Positions 8,790 to 18,332 of a stretch of 56,092 nucleotides of DNA are shown piece after piece; positions within the stretch are counted from its first letter, which is position 1, and each line of letters begins with the position of its first letter. Source of the DNA: a virus (lineage: Duplodnaviria; Caudoviricetes). The stretch covers positions 1 through 56,092 of IMG/VR virus record IMGVR_UViG_3300036851_000592; one strand, written 5' to 3'. The position numbers were made by a program, and so were the translations under genes. The notes below the pieces were generated by a model. The model was not told where the DNA came from, ran no database searches, and saw only the letters and a list, made by a program, of their open reading frames with translations.

Positions 8790-10909
8790 GTCACCACCAT
8801 TGCACCCGTCGCCTGCTCAACCGATTCAACTGCGGAACCATTAGCAGCGGTCACCCAATAATAATAGGTGCCGGCTGAGAGTGGCTCGTCGATATGGCCT
8901 TGCGGGTCGTTGGGCGCTCCAAAGACAATCTCGATCAGCGACGAAGTCGGGAAGTCGTTGACCGTGTTGCGATACACATAACCGGCATCGAAGTTCGCTG
9001 AGTTGGGCGCGGTCCAGGTGATCGAGACGCCGCTCGTGATTGGTACGCCGGCCAGCGATTCGACTGGCGCCGGCGGAACCGGATCGACCGTGGTGTCGAC
9101 TTCCTCGGTCGGGCTGAACGGCGAGAGGCCATTGGCCTTCGCGGCGAGTTCCACTTCAAGAATGGTGTCACCGGTCACGATATCGCTGAAAAACCTGAGC
9201 CGGTCAGACTGTTCGATAAGGTCTTCCGAATGATTCTCGGACTTCCAGTCACTCGGCTGATCGCCTGGCGTCCCGGTATCGGCATCCTTCACGCGCCAGC
9301 GCAATACATAGGTGAGGTCTGTCCGCGTCGGAACGTCGAACGAGACGAGCAATCGAACACCCAGCGCGCCACCACCGAGCGCTACGGCTTGCGCATCATA
9401 ATTGACATTGGCTGGAGCCGAGGGCCCGAGGGACTCTGGCCGCTCCGGAACTATCGGCGCCTCGCCCTCGTCGGTCGCCGGATACCAGTCCTCGATCGCT
9501 GGATCGGCGCCGAGGAACTCGATGTAGACGCCGCCCTCGACCGCCCTGATGCGGCCGCCGCGGTTTTCAATCCAGCGCCCGTTCAGTCTCTTCGAGTAGG
9601 CCGATTCCACATAAATCCAGCGCTCATAGAGCGCGTTAAGCGCCGACATGCGCAGATCGAGCGTGCCGCGCAACTTCTCGCTTTGGCGGAACTGCTCGCG
9701 CTTCCCCAGCCGGCGCGCATGCGTGAACGAATGAGCCCATGTGGCTTCAAGTGTCCCATCCCGCTTTTTCCCGCGCTGCAGTTGATCAGCCTCGTCCGAC
9801 CAGGGATCTGCTTCGACTTCCGTCCATTGGTGATCGGGCGAGGTGTATTTTACCTGCAGGAAATTCACCGCGTCGCGATCGGGATTGCCGGTGTCGATGT
9901 GAAAACCCTCGATGTCGGCATCGGTGATCACCACGCCCTTGTCGCGGAATTTGCCGACTCGCAGGATATATGCGCCATCGCCGCGCTTGAAGAGAATGCC
10001 GTCGCAGGCGGTCAGCATTTCCCTCAAGCCCACCTTCGGGTCTCGGCCGGTGACGTCCCAGCCGCCGCCATGATAGCGCGGCTCGGTTCCGCCGGCGTCG
10101 AGGCTGAATGGCTCGTCGCAGATGTCCGCCTCCTCGATCCACTCCTCGAGCACCGGCGCGATAGCGACCGCGTAGTCTTCCTGAAAGCCGAATTCATTAT
10201 GGCAAAGGTGCCAGAGGATCGCGAGCGCGAGATTCTTCGTCGTTTCCCAGGTCGACGGGTCGTCAGGGTCATGACCCGTCATGCGCGGGTCGAACATATA
10301 GGCTCCCTCGATCACGACGGACGGCGACGGCTTCTGATAGGGATAGCGCTTCGAGAAGTTCTCAAGCTTCGTACCCTGGCAGATCATGGCGAGCGACGCC
10401 GTTCCATCGCCCCGATGATCATTGGTCCAGGTTCCCGGCAACGCCGAGACGATCTGGGAATAGGCGGTCTCGAGCGAGAGCCCGAGGCGAGTGAGGAGGC
10501 GAACGCTCTGTGCTTCGTAGCGGCCGTCCGCGCCTTCGGGCACGAAGCCCGAGCCATCGGGCGTCACTTCGTCGTCGTTCAGGAAAAACCGATTGATACC
10601 TCCTACCAGGTGAGAGGCAAGCGCCTGAACGACATAGAGGTTGCCATCCTTCTCCTCGAGCAACATCGTGGAGCCGGCTATGCGCGCCTCGCCGGCGACC
10701 CATATGCGATCGGGAACGGTCTGTAGAAACGCGAACTTGCCGTCATCGGGCTTGGGCGGCTTGGGCGTAAGCAGGGTTACCGCCACGGCGGTGCCGCCGG
10801 TCACGACGATGGCGGTCAGGATGGGCCCGGCGATCGCGGCCACTTCGGCGGTGACGCCGGCGGCGGTCAAACCAGAGATGAAGATCGGCGTCAGGATAGG
10901 GTCTTGCAT
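8786..10909 (-). CDS. Tail tip / host specificity protein (gpJ-like) with C-terminal FN3
   Basis: 707 aa; GEARIAG, NLALAILWHL, ADICDE motifs; YYYWVTAAN FN3-like end. Confidence 0.8.
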   Translation of the reverse strand: MQDPILTPIFISGLTAAGVTAEVAAIAGPILTAIVVTGGTAVAVTLLTPKPPKPDDGKFAFLQTVPDRIWVAGEARIAGSTMLLEEKDGNLYVVQALASHLVGGINRFFLNDDEVTPDGSGFVPEGADGRYEAQSVRLLTRLGLSLETAYSQIVSALPGTWTNDHRGDGTASLAMICQGTKLENFSKRYPYQKPSPSVVIEGAYMFDPRMTGHDPDDPSTWETTKNLALAILWHLCHNEFGFQEDYAVAIAPVLEEWIEEADICDEPFSLDAGGTEPRYHGGGWDVTGRDPKVGLREMLTACDGILFKRGDGAYILRVGKFRDKGVVITDADIEGFHIDTGNPDRDAVNFLQVKYTSPDHQWTEVEADPWSDEADQLQRGKKRDGTLEATWAHSFTHARRLGKREQFRQSEKLRGTLDLRMSALNALYERWIYVESAYSKRLNGRWIENRGGRIRAVEGGVYIEFLGADPAIEDWYPATDEGEAPIVPERPESLGPSAPANVNYDAQAVALGGGALGVRLLVSFDVPTRTDLTYVLRWRVKDADTGTPGDQPSDWKSENHSEDLIEQSDRLRFFSDIVTGDTILEVELAAKANGLSPFSPTEEVDTTVDPVPPAPVESLAGVPITSGVSITWTAPNSANFDAGYVYRNTVNDFPTSSLIEIVFGAPNDPQGHIDEPLSAGTYYYWVTAANGSAVESVEQATGAMVVT

Positions 10910-10910
10910 T

Positions 10911-11330
10911 TCAGACCCTCCACGCCTGGGCGAACGGGAACGCCCGGTAGCGCAATCCGTGGAGCGCGCGGGTGACCCATAGGTCGCCTATCCGGATACC
11001 CATGACGCCGCCCACAACCGGCATTGATTGACGTTCGCCCAAGTCCACGTCAATTACGCCAATATCGCCCGAAATCGGGGCGCCAGTGCGTTCTAGGCCC
11101 GCCTCGTCCAGGATATGCCCAATGAGGGGAACAAAGCCGCCTTGCTCGATTACCAGGGCACGCGCGGCCTCCGGCGAGCTATACCGGGCCCGGTAGGGCG
11201 CGGCCGGGTCGATTCCGCGCCTGAGCCTGATCCAGTCGGAAACCAGACCCACGGTGCAGTCGCACTCGCCCCAGGCCCAAGCGCGCGCGGCCTGAACGTC
11301 AAGATAGTCCAGAAGCTCCTGAGGGATCAT
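10911..11330 (-). CDS. NlpC/P60-like (DUF6950-type) tail assembly protein
   Basis: WAWGECDC, DPAAPYRARY, GDIG motifs; gpK position. Confidence 0.7.
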   Translation of the reverse strand: MIPQELLDYLDVQAARAWAWGECDCTVGLVSDWIRLRRGIDPAAPYRARYSSPEAARALVIEQGGFVPLIGHILDEAGLERTGAPISGDIGVIDVDLGERQSMPVVGGVMGIRIGDLWVTRALHGLRYRAFPFAQAWRV

Positions 11331-11944
11331 GAGCGCGGCCATGATACCTGGTGTCCTCTCTGGTAGCGAAACACCTGATCGCAAAACCGGTCGGGCGCTA
11401 CGCCCGAAGGAACGGGGAACGCCTGTTGCTGGGCTGGCGTCCACGAAGCCCGCCGCGGCCGCGAGCGGCCCGAGGCCCCGAAGGTCACCACCAGCGACAA
11501 AGTTCGCGTGGCATTCCGATCGCCCTTGACGGGGCGCTGATCCATCGACCAGTAATCGGCAATGCCTCGCGTCAACCAGATGATCGGCGTCACCGGTTGC
11601 CAGCGCTCGTCGAGCGCCGCGATTCCGATCCGCAGGACCGAGCCCAGCACATCGGGCGCCTCCTCGTCGACCCGCTCGGCATATTCCGGCAGGACTCCGT
11701 CAATCGTAAATTCGAGCGATGTCGCCGTGCCGTTGATAACCGCTTCGAGTTCCGGCAGCGCCTTGAACACGCCGGCGCCGATATAGCGGTCGCCGGAGGG
11801 AAGATCGGTCGAGGGGATGCCGGCATCGACGTCGCTGAATCCCGACCACAGATGGAGCGCCGGATCGGATTCCAGCTTGAAAAACAGGCCGCGGTTGCCT
11901 GAAGTTCGAAAAAGCGCGGAGGTGGCTTCGTCGATATAAACCAT
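11327..11944 (-). CDS. Minor tail protein (gpL-like)
   Basis: LHLWSGFSD, YIGAG motifs; position. Confidence 0.65.
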   Translation of the reverse strand: MVYIDEATSALFRTSGNRGLFFKLESDPALHLWSGFSDVDAGIPSTDLPSGDRYIGAGVFKALPELEAVINGTATSLEFTIDGVLPEYAERVDEEAPDVLGSVLRIGIAALDERWQPVTPIIWLTRGIADYWSMDQRPVKGDRNATRTLSLVVTFGASGRSRPRRASWTPAQQQAFPVPSGVAPDRFCDQVFRYQRGHQVSWPRS

Positions 11945-12675
11945 CAGCCTGCCTCCACGAATGAAATGCTGGGAGCGCCCTGATACCAGCCGAACGGCTC
12001 CCATGGGAGCGACGTGCCGGCCTCAAGCCGCATGAGGCAGCGCGGCCGGTAGAAATCGAGCGGCGTGCCATCCGCCACGGCCTCGCGCAATGTCGGCCGG
12101 ATTGCCACGACATAGGTAACGTTCTGGCCATCGGTCGTGTCCTCAGGCGTGATCGAGTCAATGTCGGCGATTCCGTAGGCGCGGAAGTTTTTCGTCTCGT
12201 GTAGGAAGCTGAATGTCTCGCCGCCCTCAAGCCGGGAGCCATTGATCACCTGGAACGTGAGCGTGCCGGCGTTGAGCGCATGGGCGCCGACGAGTACCGC
12301 GTCGATGTTGCCCTGGCTGAAGCCGACGAGATCGGAAAAGAGCGCGCCATCCGAATAGGTAATACCGCCTATAGGCAGCATTGGCTCACCATCCGTCCCG
12401 AGTGGATAGGGCGCGACATAATCGGTCAGCATCGGAACAATCATCGTGCGGACGGAGCCATTCAGGATATTGCGCAACCGCTGCCAATAGCGATGCTGGG
12501 CCGGCACGAACACGGGGATGCGCTGATACTTGACCGACCAGCGGCCGCCGCCGGTAAAGTCGATCGCATTTGTGTCGCCATTGAGCGAGCGGCCGCCCTC
12601 GATCGCGGAGCCCAGGATATCAATCGACATTTCGGCCGGCGGAAGCATGGAGATGCTATAAGTCTCGATCGCCAT
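11944..12675 (-). CDS. Distal tail protein (putative)
   Basis: Directly after tape measure; IRPTLREAV..GTPLDFYRPRCLMRL. Confidence 0.65.
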   Translation of the reverse strand: MAIETYSISMLPPAEMSIDILGSAIEGGRSLNGDTNAIDFTGGGRWSVKYQRIPVFVPAQHRYWQRLRNILNGSVRTMIVPMLTDYVAPYPLGTDGEPMLPIGGITYSDGALFSDLVGFSQGNIDAVLVGAHALNAGTLTFQVINGSRLEGGETFSFLHETKNFRAYGIADIDSITPEDTTDGQNVTYVVAIRPTLREAVADGTPLDFYRPRCLMRLEAGTSLPWEPFGWYQGAPSISFVEAG

Positions 12676-15137
12676 CAGCCGGTGTCCTTCTGATAGCGGC
12701 TGCTTACCGCGCCCAAGGTGCGCTGCAGCTCCTTGCGCTGCTCGGCCGCCGCGATCATCGATTGCCGCGCGATAAGCTCGAGCGTGCGCTCGGTCGCGTC
12801 GCCCTGCACATTGATCTGAGGCCCGCCGATCGTAATGGGCGGGAGCCCGCCGGCACCGAACCGGACGGCGCGAGCGAGCGCGACGCCCGCGCGGCTCACG
12901 ACTCGCTCGCCGTCTTCCAGCACCGCCACGCGCTCATTCGGCCGGAGATTACCTCCATGCAGCCGCGGCGCTCCCGCAACCTGAGCCGCGCTGACGAGGC
13001 GCAGCGGCGTCCTCGTCGAGCCGACGATTCCGCCCTCGTGAAAGATGTTCGCAAGAAACGAGCCCGCCAGGGCGCCGACACCGCCAGTGTCCGTCCCTCC
13101 GAGCTTGAGAAATTCGGTGACAAGGTTGATTACATCGGGAATGGCGCCTCTGATGAGGTCACGCCATGTACCAGTCTTGGTCACGAGATCGGCAAGGCCC
13201 TGCCCGAGCGATTGCCCGAGCGCCTCCGATTCCTGCTGGAGGTCGGCCTGACCCTCTTTGACTTCGGCCGACTTGGCAGCCAGTTCGCCATAAATCTCCG
13301 ATTTGCGCTTGAGCGCGGCAAGTTCCTCGTCGGTCAGGGTGATGCCGGCGCGCTGCGCTTCGAGGAGCTTTTCCTGTTCGAAGCGATACGCCTCGGCCGC
13401 TGCGATCGCGTCGTGGGTCTCGCCTCCGAGCCGGCGCATGGCATCAGCGGTCGCATTGATTTGCGCGCGCGCGAGTTCCTGGTCAGCGCCCTCCATGAAG
13501 GCGAAGCCCTTGCCGGGAAGTTGCGGCCCGAAGGCTTGGCCTCGGGGCATTCCCGGCGTGCCGGCCGCACCCATGACGCGATCGATGTAGGCCCAAACGT
13601 CGCCGATCGAACGGCCGCCGCCGATGACGGTCGGATTGGCGGTCGCGGCCCGGCCGCCCAGGACCGATTCGGCGAGCGCGTTCGGGTCGGCCCTGAGCGC
13701 CGAGAGCGCGCCGCCGGCGCCGAGAAAATGTGCTGCGTAAAGATTCCGCTCGCTCGCGGCGAAGCCCGCGGACCTGAGCGCGGCCGCATTCTCCTTGGCG
13801 AGGAGTTCGATCATCTGGCGCGAGATCGCCGGATCTGTTCTGAGATCGAGCGCGCGCCTGCCCATCGCCGCCGCGACTTCCTCGCCGATTACCTTCGGGA
13901 TCAATCGCATCCAGGTCGACTCGATGAACTGCCCGTGCCCGGTCGCCGATGAAAGCGGATTGCGGATATCAGCAACACCGCGGCTCTCGACCTGGATCAG
14001 GCGATCGATGAAACCGGGCGGGAGGCCAGGTGCTGTGAACGGATCGGATGTAACCGGCACGCGCGTCCCGCGCGCGGTCTCGAACGGGTTGCGCGCGACG
14101 CCTGGCAGCGTGCGCGCTAGGACACCGCCGCGCCCGGTGCGCTCCCAGGCCGGTCCCATCTTGGAAAGTTCCGCATTGATGTCGATCAGATTCTGTTTCC
14201 ACTCCTCGAGGAGCGGAAGCCCGACGCCGGTCGCCATCGCATTGTCGATTGCGCGGATGAGCCGGAGCCGCTCTTCGTCGAGCTTGATTATTTCCCGATG
14301 GGGCCCTGCGCGGCGCTTCTGGTCTTCCTCGACCTGGCGCTGCACGGCGTCGATATGAGCGCCGATCTTTTCGGCCTCGACGATCGCGGTCAGGAGTCCG
14401 GCGCCAATATTGGTCTTGAGGCGATCAAAGCCCGCGGTCAGGCGGTCGTCGAGTTCGTCGGCCTTTTTGACGAGTTCCGTATCCATGACGACGCCGAGCC
14501 GGATGGCCGCCGCCTCCTGGTCGCGCAATGCCTGCGCGCCGTCCTGGAGGTAAGGCAGTGCCTCGGCGGCGCTGCGGCCAAAGGCGGACATGGCTATTAC
14601 GGATTTGTCGCCTTCGGTGCGAGCATTGTGGATCAGGTCCACGACATCGAAAAATAGCGCCTTGTTCGAGCGCATCTGGCCATTCATATCGCGGAGCGGC
14701 ACGCCGTTGGCGTCGAGGATTTCCTTGAGCTTGTTGCCCTCGGTCGCGGCGATGCCAAGCTCCTTGTTGAACTTGGTCATGATGCCGACGAGATCGTCCT
14801 GCGTTCCGCCGCCCTGGCGCGCGGCGAAAGTCAATGTCTGGAGATCCCGGATTGACAATTGCGCGCGCTCGGCCTGGTCTTTGACTTGAGCAATGTCGGA
14901 AATCACGCTCTTGATGAACACGCCTGCGCCAACACCGAGCAAGGCCGGTCCGGCCGCGCCGCGGAAGGAATCGAGCACCGAGACCGATCCGGCAAGTGCG
15001 CCGCGCTGAGCCCGGGCGATATCGTCGGCCACATCCTTGGCGAATACCGACGTCATCGCGCGGGTGCGCGCGAAGCCGGCGCGGAGCCCGGCGTCGTCGA
15101 GCGTGACAGGAATGCGGAGCGGGGCGACAGGCAGCAT
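12675..15137 (-). CDS. Tape measure protein with internal lytic transglycosylase domain
   Basis: 820 aa Ala-rich helical; ESRG...SSATGHGQFIESTW, LYAAHFLG; FHEGGIVG end motif. Confidence 0.88.
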   Translation of the reverse strand: MLPVAPLRIPVTLDDAGLRAGFARTRAMTSVFAKDVADDIARAQRGALAGSVSVLDSFRGAAGPALLGVGAGVFIKSVISDIAQVKDQAERAQLSIRDLQTLTFAARQGGGTQDDLVGIMTKFNKELGIAATEGNKLKEILDANGVPLRDMNGQMRSNKALFFDVVDLIHNARTEGDKSVIAMSAFGRSAAEALPYLQDGAQALRDQEAAAIRLGVVMDTELVKKADELDDRLTAGFDRLKTNIGAGLLTAIVEAEKIGAHIDAVQRQVEEDQKRRAGPHREIIKLDEERLRLIRAIDNAMATGVGLPLLEEWKQNLIDINAELSKMGPAWERTGRGGVLARTLPGVARNPFETARGTRVPVTSDPFTAPGLPPGFIDRLIQVESRGVADIRNPLSSATGHGQFIESTWMRLIPKVIGEEVAAAMGRRALDLRTDPAISRQMIELLAKENAAALRSAGFAASERNLYAAHFLGAGGALSALRADPNALAESVLGGRAATANPTVIGGGRSIGDVWAYIDRVMGAAGTPGMPRGQAFGPQLPGKGFAFMEGADQELARAQINATADAMRRLGGETHDAIAAAEAYRFEQEKLLEAQRAGITLTDEELAALKRKSEIYGELAAKSAEVKEGQADLQQESEALGQSLGQGLADLVTKTGTWRDLIRGAIPDVINLVTEFLKLGGTDTGGVGALAGSFLANIFHEGGIVGSTRTPLRLVSAAQVAGAPRLHGGNLRPNERVAVLEDGERVVSRAGVALARAVRFGAGGLPPITIGGPQINVQGDATERTLELIARQSMIAAAEQRKELQRTLGAVSSRYQKDTG
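13414..13442 (+). other. Protospacer for spacer 6, in the tape measure gene
   Basis: 29 contiguous nt identical to 55723-55751; only spacer position 1 differs. Confidence 0.95.
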
Positions 15138-15388
15138 TATTTCTTGCGTCCTCCTCGCATCAGTGAGCGCATGGCCTTCTTGATATTCTGAGGAGTGGCC
15201 GGCACCAGCGATTTCTTATCGCTCTTTCCGGTGCCGAAGATGGAATCGAGCATGTCGAGCCGCCCTTCATATGCGAGGAGAATGCCGCTCAGGCTGGTGT
15301 TCAGCGTCTCCTCCTCTGTCCAGCCTAGCCATCCGGTTCCCACTTGGAACAACCACCTGAAGTGTTCCTCGTGGGTGATCAGTTTCCC
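15137..15388 (-). CDS. Tail assembly chaperone extension (gpGT-like), reached by -1 frameshift
   Basis: Open -1 frame KLITHEEHFRWLFQVGTGW... starts at the GGGAAAC slippery site. Confidence 0.7.
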   Translation of the reverse strand, partial: GKLITHEEHFRWLFQVGTGWLGWTEEETLNTSLSGILLAYEGRLDMLDSIFGTGKSDKKSLVPATPQNIKKAMRSLMRGGRKK

Positions 15389-15741
15389 GGGTCGGTCCCT
15401 CCGCCTTCAGCGCCCGGTGGTTTGGGCTGTTCAGAGCGGCCGCCAGTCTGGAGGCCCTGAATATATCGCGTCAGCGGCCGCACCAGATTATCGAGCCCCG
15501 TCCTGAAAACCTGTTCCTCGGCTTGCTCGAATTTGATGCCAGAGCCGGCCGAGACAATCTTGGCATAGGCGCTCAAATCGAACGCGGCGAGGCGATCATA
15601 TGCGAGCGCATACCCATTGAAATATTCGTTGATCGCCTTTGCCGCGGCGAGAGTTGGCCGCAACTTGACGGTCCCGCCGGCGAGATCGAGATCAATCTCG
15701 CCATAGCCGAGGACGGTCTCGGACTTCTTGTCCTCAGCCAT
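15379..15741 (-). CDS. Tail assembly chaperone (gpG-like)
   Basis: VKLRPTLAAAKAI motif; lies between tail tube and tape measure. Confidence 0.8.
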   Translation of the reverse strand: MAEDKKSETVLGYGEIDLDLAGGTVKLRPTLAAAKAINEYFNGYALAYDRLAAFDLSAYAKIVSAGSGIKFEQAEEQVFRTGLDNLVRPLTRYIQGLQTGGRSEQPKPPGAEGGGTDPGN

Positions 15742-16202
15742 CAGTCAGATGCCTCCGTCTCCGTGATCGTCCCCGAGTCGATCTCGATATTGCAGTTGGA
15801 CGCGACGATCTGATTCGGGCCGCCGACATTCACGGTCTTGGAAAAGACCTTGCCCTTGAAAGTGAATGTCGTCGGCGTGGCGCCAGTCTGGTCGAGCGCG
15901 TCGTTCAGTTCGATCTTGAAGTTGTAGGCATAGTCCGAATCGCGCGCTTCGAGGAGGCGGATCTGGCCGACATCATCGGAGTCCTGACCGAGCTGCATGG
16001 CGAGCGCGCCGTCATCGAACGTGCCCTTGAATTTGCGCGTGCCACGCTGATCGAGACTGTTGTGGCGGATGACTTCGTATACCCGACCGAACTCGCCGAG
16101 GTTTACGATTTCGCCGACCAGCAGATAGTCTTCATCGGTTGCGGGAACCAAGGCGCGGGTGCCGATGTAAAGTTTCGACCCGGCCGAAGTGTGAACTGTC
16201 AT
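15741..16202 (-). CDS. Major tail tube protein
   Basis: AGSKLYIG, GEIVNLGEFG, KFKGTFDDG, YNFKIELND motifs. Confidence 0.85.
   Translation of the reverse strand: MTVHTSAGSKLYIGTRALVPATDEDYLLVGEIVNLGEFGRVYEVIRHNSLDQRGTRKFKGTFDDGALAMQLGQDSDDVGQIRLLEARDSDYAYNFKIELNDALDQTGATPTTFTFKGKVFSKTVNVGGPNQIVASNCNIEIDSGTITETEASD
15797..15826 (-). other. Protospacer for spacer 5, in the major tail gene
   Basis: 29/30 identity to 55656-55685; mismatch at spacer position 6. Confidence 0.95.
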
Positions 16203-16253
16203 AACCTTCGCTCCTTCCAGTTTCGCGCGGGCGCCATGGGCGCGCGGCGATGT

Positions 16254-16664
16254 TTAGGTTCGGTACATCACTTCGAACGTCAAGATGGCAACACCGTGCT
16301 TCTCGTCGCCCTCGCCATCGTAACCCATGCGCGTGCGGGCGAGAACGGTATTGAGCGCGAGCCCGCCCAGCCGTGGATTCGCAGCGATCACAGCCTCGAC
16401 CGGTTCGCATAGTCCGTCGAGCGTTTCGTCGATTCCCTCGACCTTCGCGATGTGCAGTTCCAGGAACACTGAGAGATCCCGCAATAGCCGCGGGTCATTG
16501 ACGTCCTGCTGGGAGTTTTCCTCATTCGTATAGATGAGCGCGACCGGCATTTCGGATTGCGCGGTGCGCCTTGTGCGCGTCATGAAAACGCGACCGGTCA
16601 GCGAAAGGACCGTGTCGACTTCGGCCGCGATCGCCTCGCGGATCAACTGGCGCTTGTGCGTCAT
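16254..16664 (-). CDS. Tail terminator protein
   Basis: MTHKRQLIREAI, PVALIYT, LDGLCEPVEAVI; position. Confidence 0.75.
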   Translation of the reverse strand: MTHKRQLIREAIAAEVDTVLSLTGRVFMTRTRRTAQSEMPVALIYTNEENSQQDVNDPRLLRDLSVFLELHIAKVEGIDETLDGLCEPVEAVIAANPRLGGLALNTVLARTRMGYDGEGDEKHGVAILTFEVMYRT

Positions 16665-16972
16665 GGCGCAAGCTCCAGGTCGATGACCATCATGCCTTCC
16701 GAGTCCTCACGGAAATCCTTCACGGAATAGTCGATCCCTTTGGCGGTGATCAGCGTCACACCGCGAACGAGTTCGTCTTCAAGATCGGCGATCCTGACCG
16801 CGAGCGTCGTCACCTTGGTCGACGTACCCTCCTCGCCCTGGAGCGTCGCGTAGTAATTCGAATCGTAGATGCCGGTCACGGTCTGGGGCAGGCCCGAGAC
16901 GCCGTAAGTGATCACCGCCTCGGTCGGGAAGGTGTTGCGGACGACCTGGTTGAGGTGATCGAAATCGACCAT
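16661..16972 (-). CDS. Head closure / head-tail joining protein
   Basis: TVTGIYD, YSVKDFREDSEGM; position. Confidence 0.7.
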   Translation of the reverse strand: MVDFDHLNQVVRNTFPTEAVITYGVSGLPQTVTGIYDSNYYATLQGEEGTSTKVTTLAVRIADLEDELVRGVTLITAKGIDYSVKDFREDSEGMMVIDLELAP

Positions 16973-16974
16973 GG

Positions 16975-17619
16975 CTATTCGCGCTCCATGATCATGTTCC
17001 GGGTATCGAGCAGCGCGCCGTCGCCGGCACCGGCGTAGCCGAGTCCGCGCAGAAACGCCGTGATGTCTTGCCGGGCACGTTCGTTCAGCACTTCAATGAT
17101 GAGACGCGGGTGCCAGCGCTTGAGCGTTTCGGCCGCGCCTTCCAATACGCGAAGCTCGAAGGTTTCAACATCAATCTTGATTGCCGAGACCCGACCGATA
17201 TCGAGCGAGTCGACGCGAACGGTCCTGACCCTGATGCGAGGCTCGCTCTTGCGGAGCAAGCTCGCCCCGCTGGTCAGGTGAACCTTGTCATTGAAACCGA
17301 TAGACGCGTTGCCATCCTGATTCGAAGCGGCCGCCTCGATGATCTCGACGTCTACGTGGTTCAGATGAGCGTTGTTTCGGATGCGCTCGCACATGACAGG
17401 CAATGGCTCGATCGCGATCGCGGTCGCGCCCATCTTCGCAGCGACGATCGAGAACACTCCGCTATAGGCGCCGATGTCGAGGACCGTTCCGCCCGAATGA
17501 CACATGGCCTGCCAAGCCTTCAGCGTGTCAGGCTCGAATGCGCCTTTGGCGCGCACATGGCCGCAGATGCGATCGTCATCGAGCATCGCCACGCACAGGC
17601 TTCCGGCTGGAACCGTCAT
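16975..17619 (-). CDS. FkbM family SAM-dependent methyltransferase
   Basis: VLDIGAYSG, AIEP, IKIDVETFELRVLEGA motifs. Confidence 0.85.
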   Translation of the reverse strand: MTVPAGSLCVAMLDDDRICGHVRAKGAFEPDTLKAWQAMCHSGGTVLDIGAYSGVFSIVAAKMGATAIAIEPLPVMCERIRNNAHLNHVDVEIIEAAASNQDGNASIGFNDKVHLTSGASLLRKSEPRIRVRTVRVDSLDIGRVSAIKIDVETFELRVLEGAAETLKRWHPRLIIEVLNERARQDITAFLRGLGYAGAGDGALLDTRNMIMERE

Positions 17620-17624
17620 GGCTT

Positions 17625-17652
17625 GCGGCGAAGCCGCTAGCGGCTTCGCCGC
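17625..17652. repeat. Perfect 28-bp palindrome filling an intergenic gap
   Basis: GCGGCGAAGCCGCT-AGCGGCTTCGCCGC. Confidence 0.9.
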
Positions 17653-18332
17653 TACGCCGCCCATGCCTGCTTCACCCAGCTTACGTCGCAGTTGTCGGGT
17701 TTGCGCATTCCCCCGAACGCAATGACCGAGCACCCACGCGGGGCGCGATCGGGATGAAGATCGAGATCCCGATAGGACATGAAGAAACCCGGAGGCGTCA
17801 CGTCTTGCAGAAGCGTCGCGCGCGGATGCAGAAGCTCGATGACGCGCTGATCTCCATACTGCGCGCAACGGCGCATCCATTCTTGAGCGTCGGGCTCGAA
17901 GCCGCGCCAGACATCGTCGCCGAAATTCCGGCCCATCGTCATGACGCAAGACCCGTAGCGGCATGGGTAGCTCGCGTGTCCGGCCGCGCGGGTGAAGTTT
18001 CCGCAGATGGCGAAGCCATCCTTATCCGCCGTCCGCTCGAGCGGAGTTATGTCGCCGATGACCACGGTGTCGAGGTCGAAATAAATGACGCGAGCGCCCG
18101 CGCGCCAGCTGGTATCGAAGAGCTTCATCTTGCCCCACCAGCCGATCAGCCGGTGATCGCCGATCGCGACCGTTTCGTAGCCGGCAAGCTCGTTCGGCTT
18201 GTCGGTCAAAACGACGAAGCGATGCGCGTGGACGAAATACCGCCTCACCATCGCGCGCAATCGATGCACATAGGCGACCGGGTATTTCGAACCGGTGCGA
18301 ACGCACGCGATTATGGTCTTAGGGTTTTCCAA
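17652..18332 (-). CDS. GT-A fold glycosyltransferase
   Basis: CVRTGSKY..YV, FVVLTD, GWWGKMKLF, YFDLD (DxD), GDQ; TTG start inferred. Confidence 0.8.
   Translation of the reverse strand: MENPKTIIACVRTGSKYPVAYVHRLRAMVRRYFVHAHRFVVLTDKPNELAGYETVAIGDHRLIGWWGKMKLFDTSWRAGARVIYFDLDTVVIGDITPLERTADKDGFAICGNFTRAAGHASYPCRYGSCVMTMGRNFGDDVWRGFEPDAQEWMRRCAQYGDQRVIELLHPRATLLQDVTPPGFFMSYRDLDLHPDRAPRGCSVIAFGGMRKPDNCDVSWVKQAWAA

Noticed and set aside
9230-10726. Long plus-strand ORFs antisense to structural genes (also 12762-13952, 26581-27531) and minus-strand 40360-41631
   Set aside because: Shadow ORFs typical of high-GC coding DNA; the opposite strand has recognisable genes
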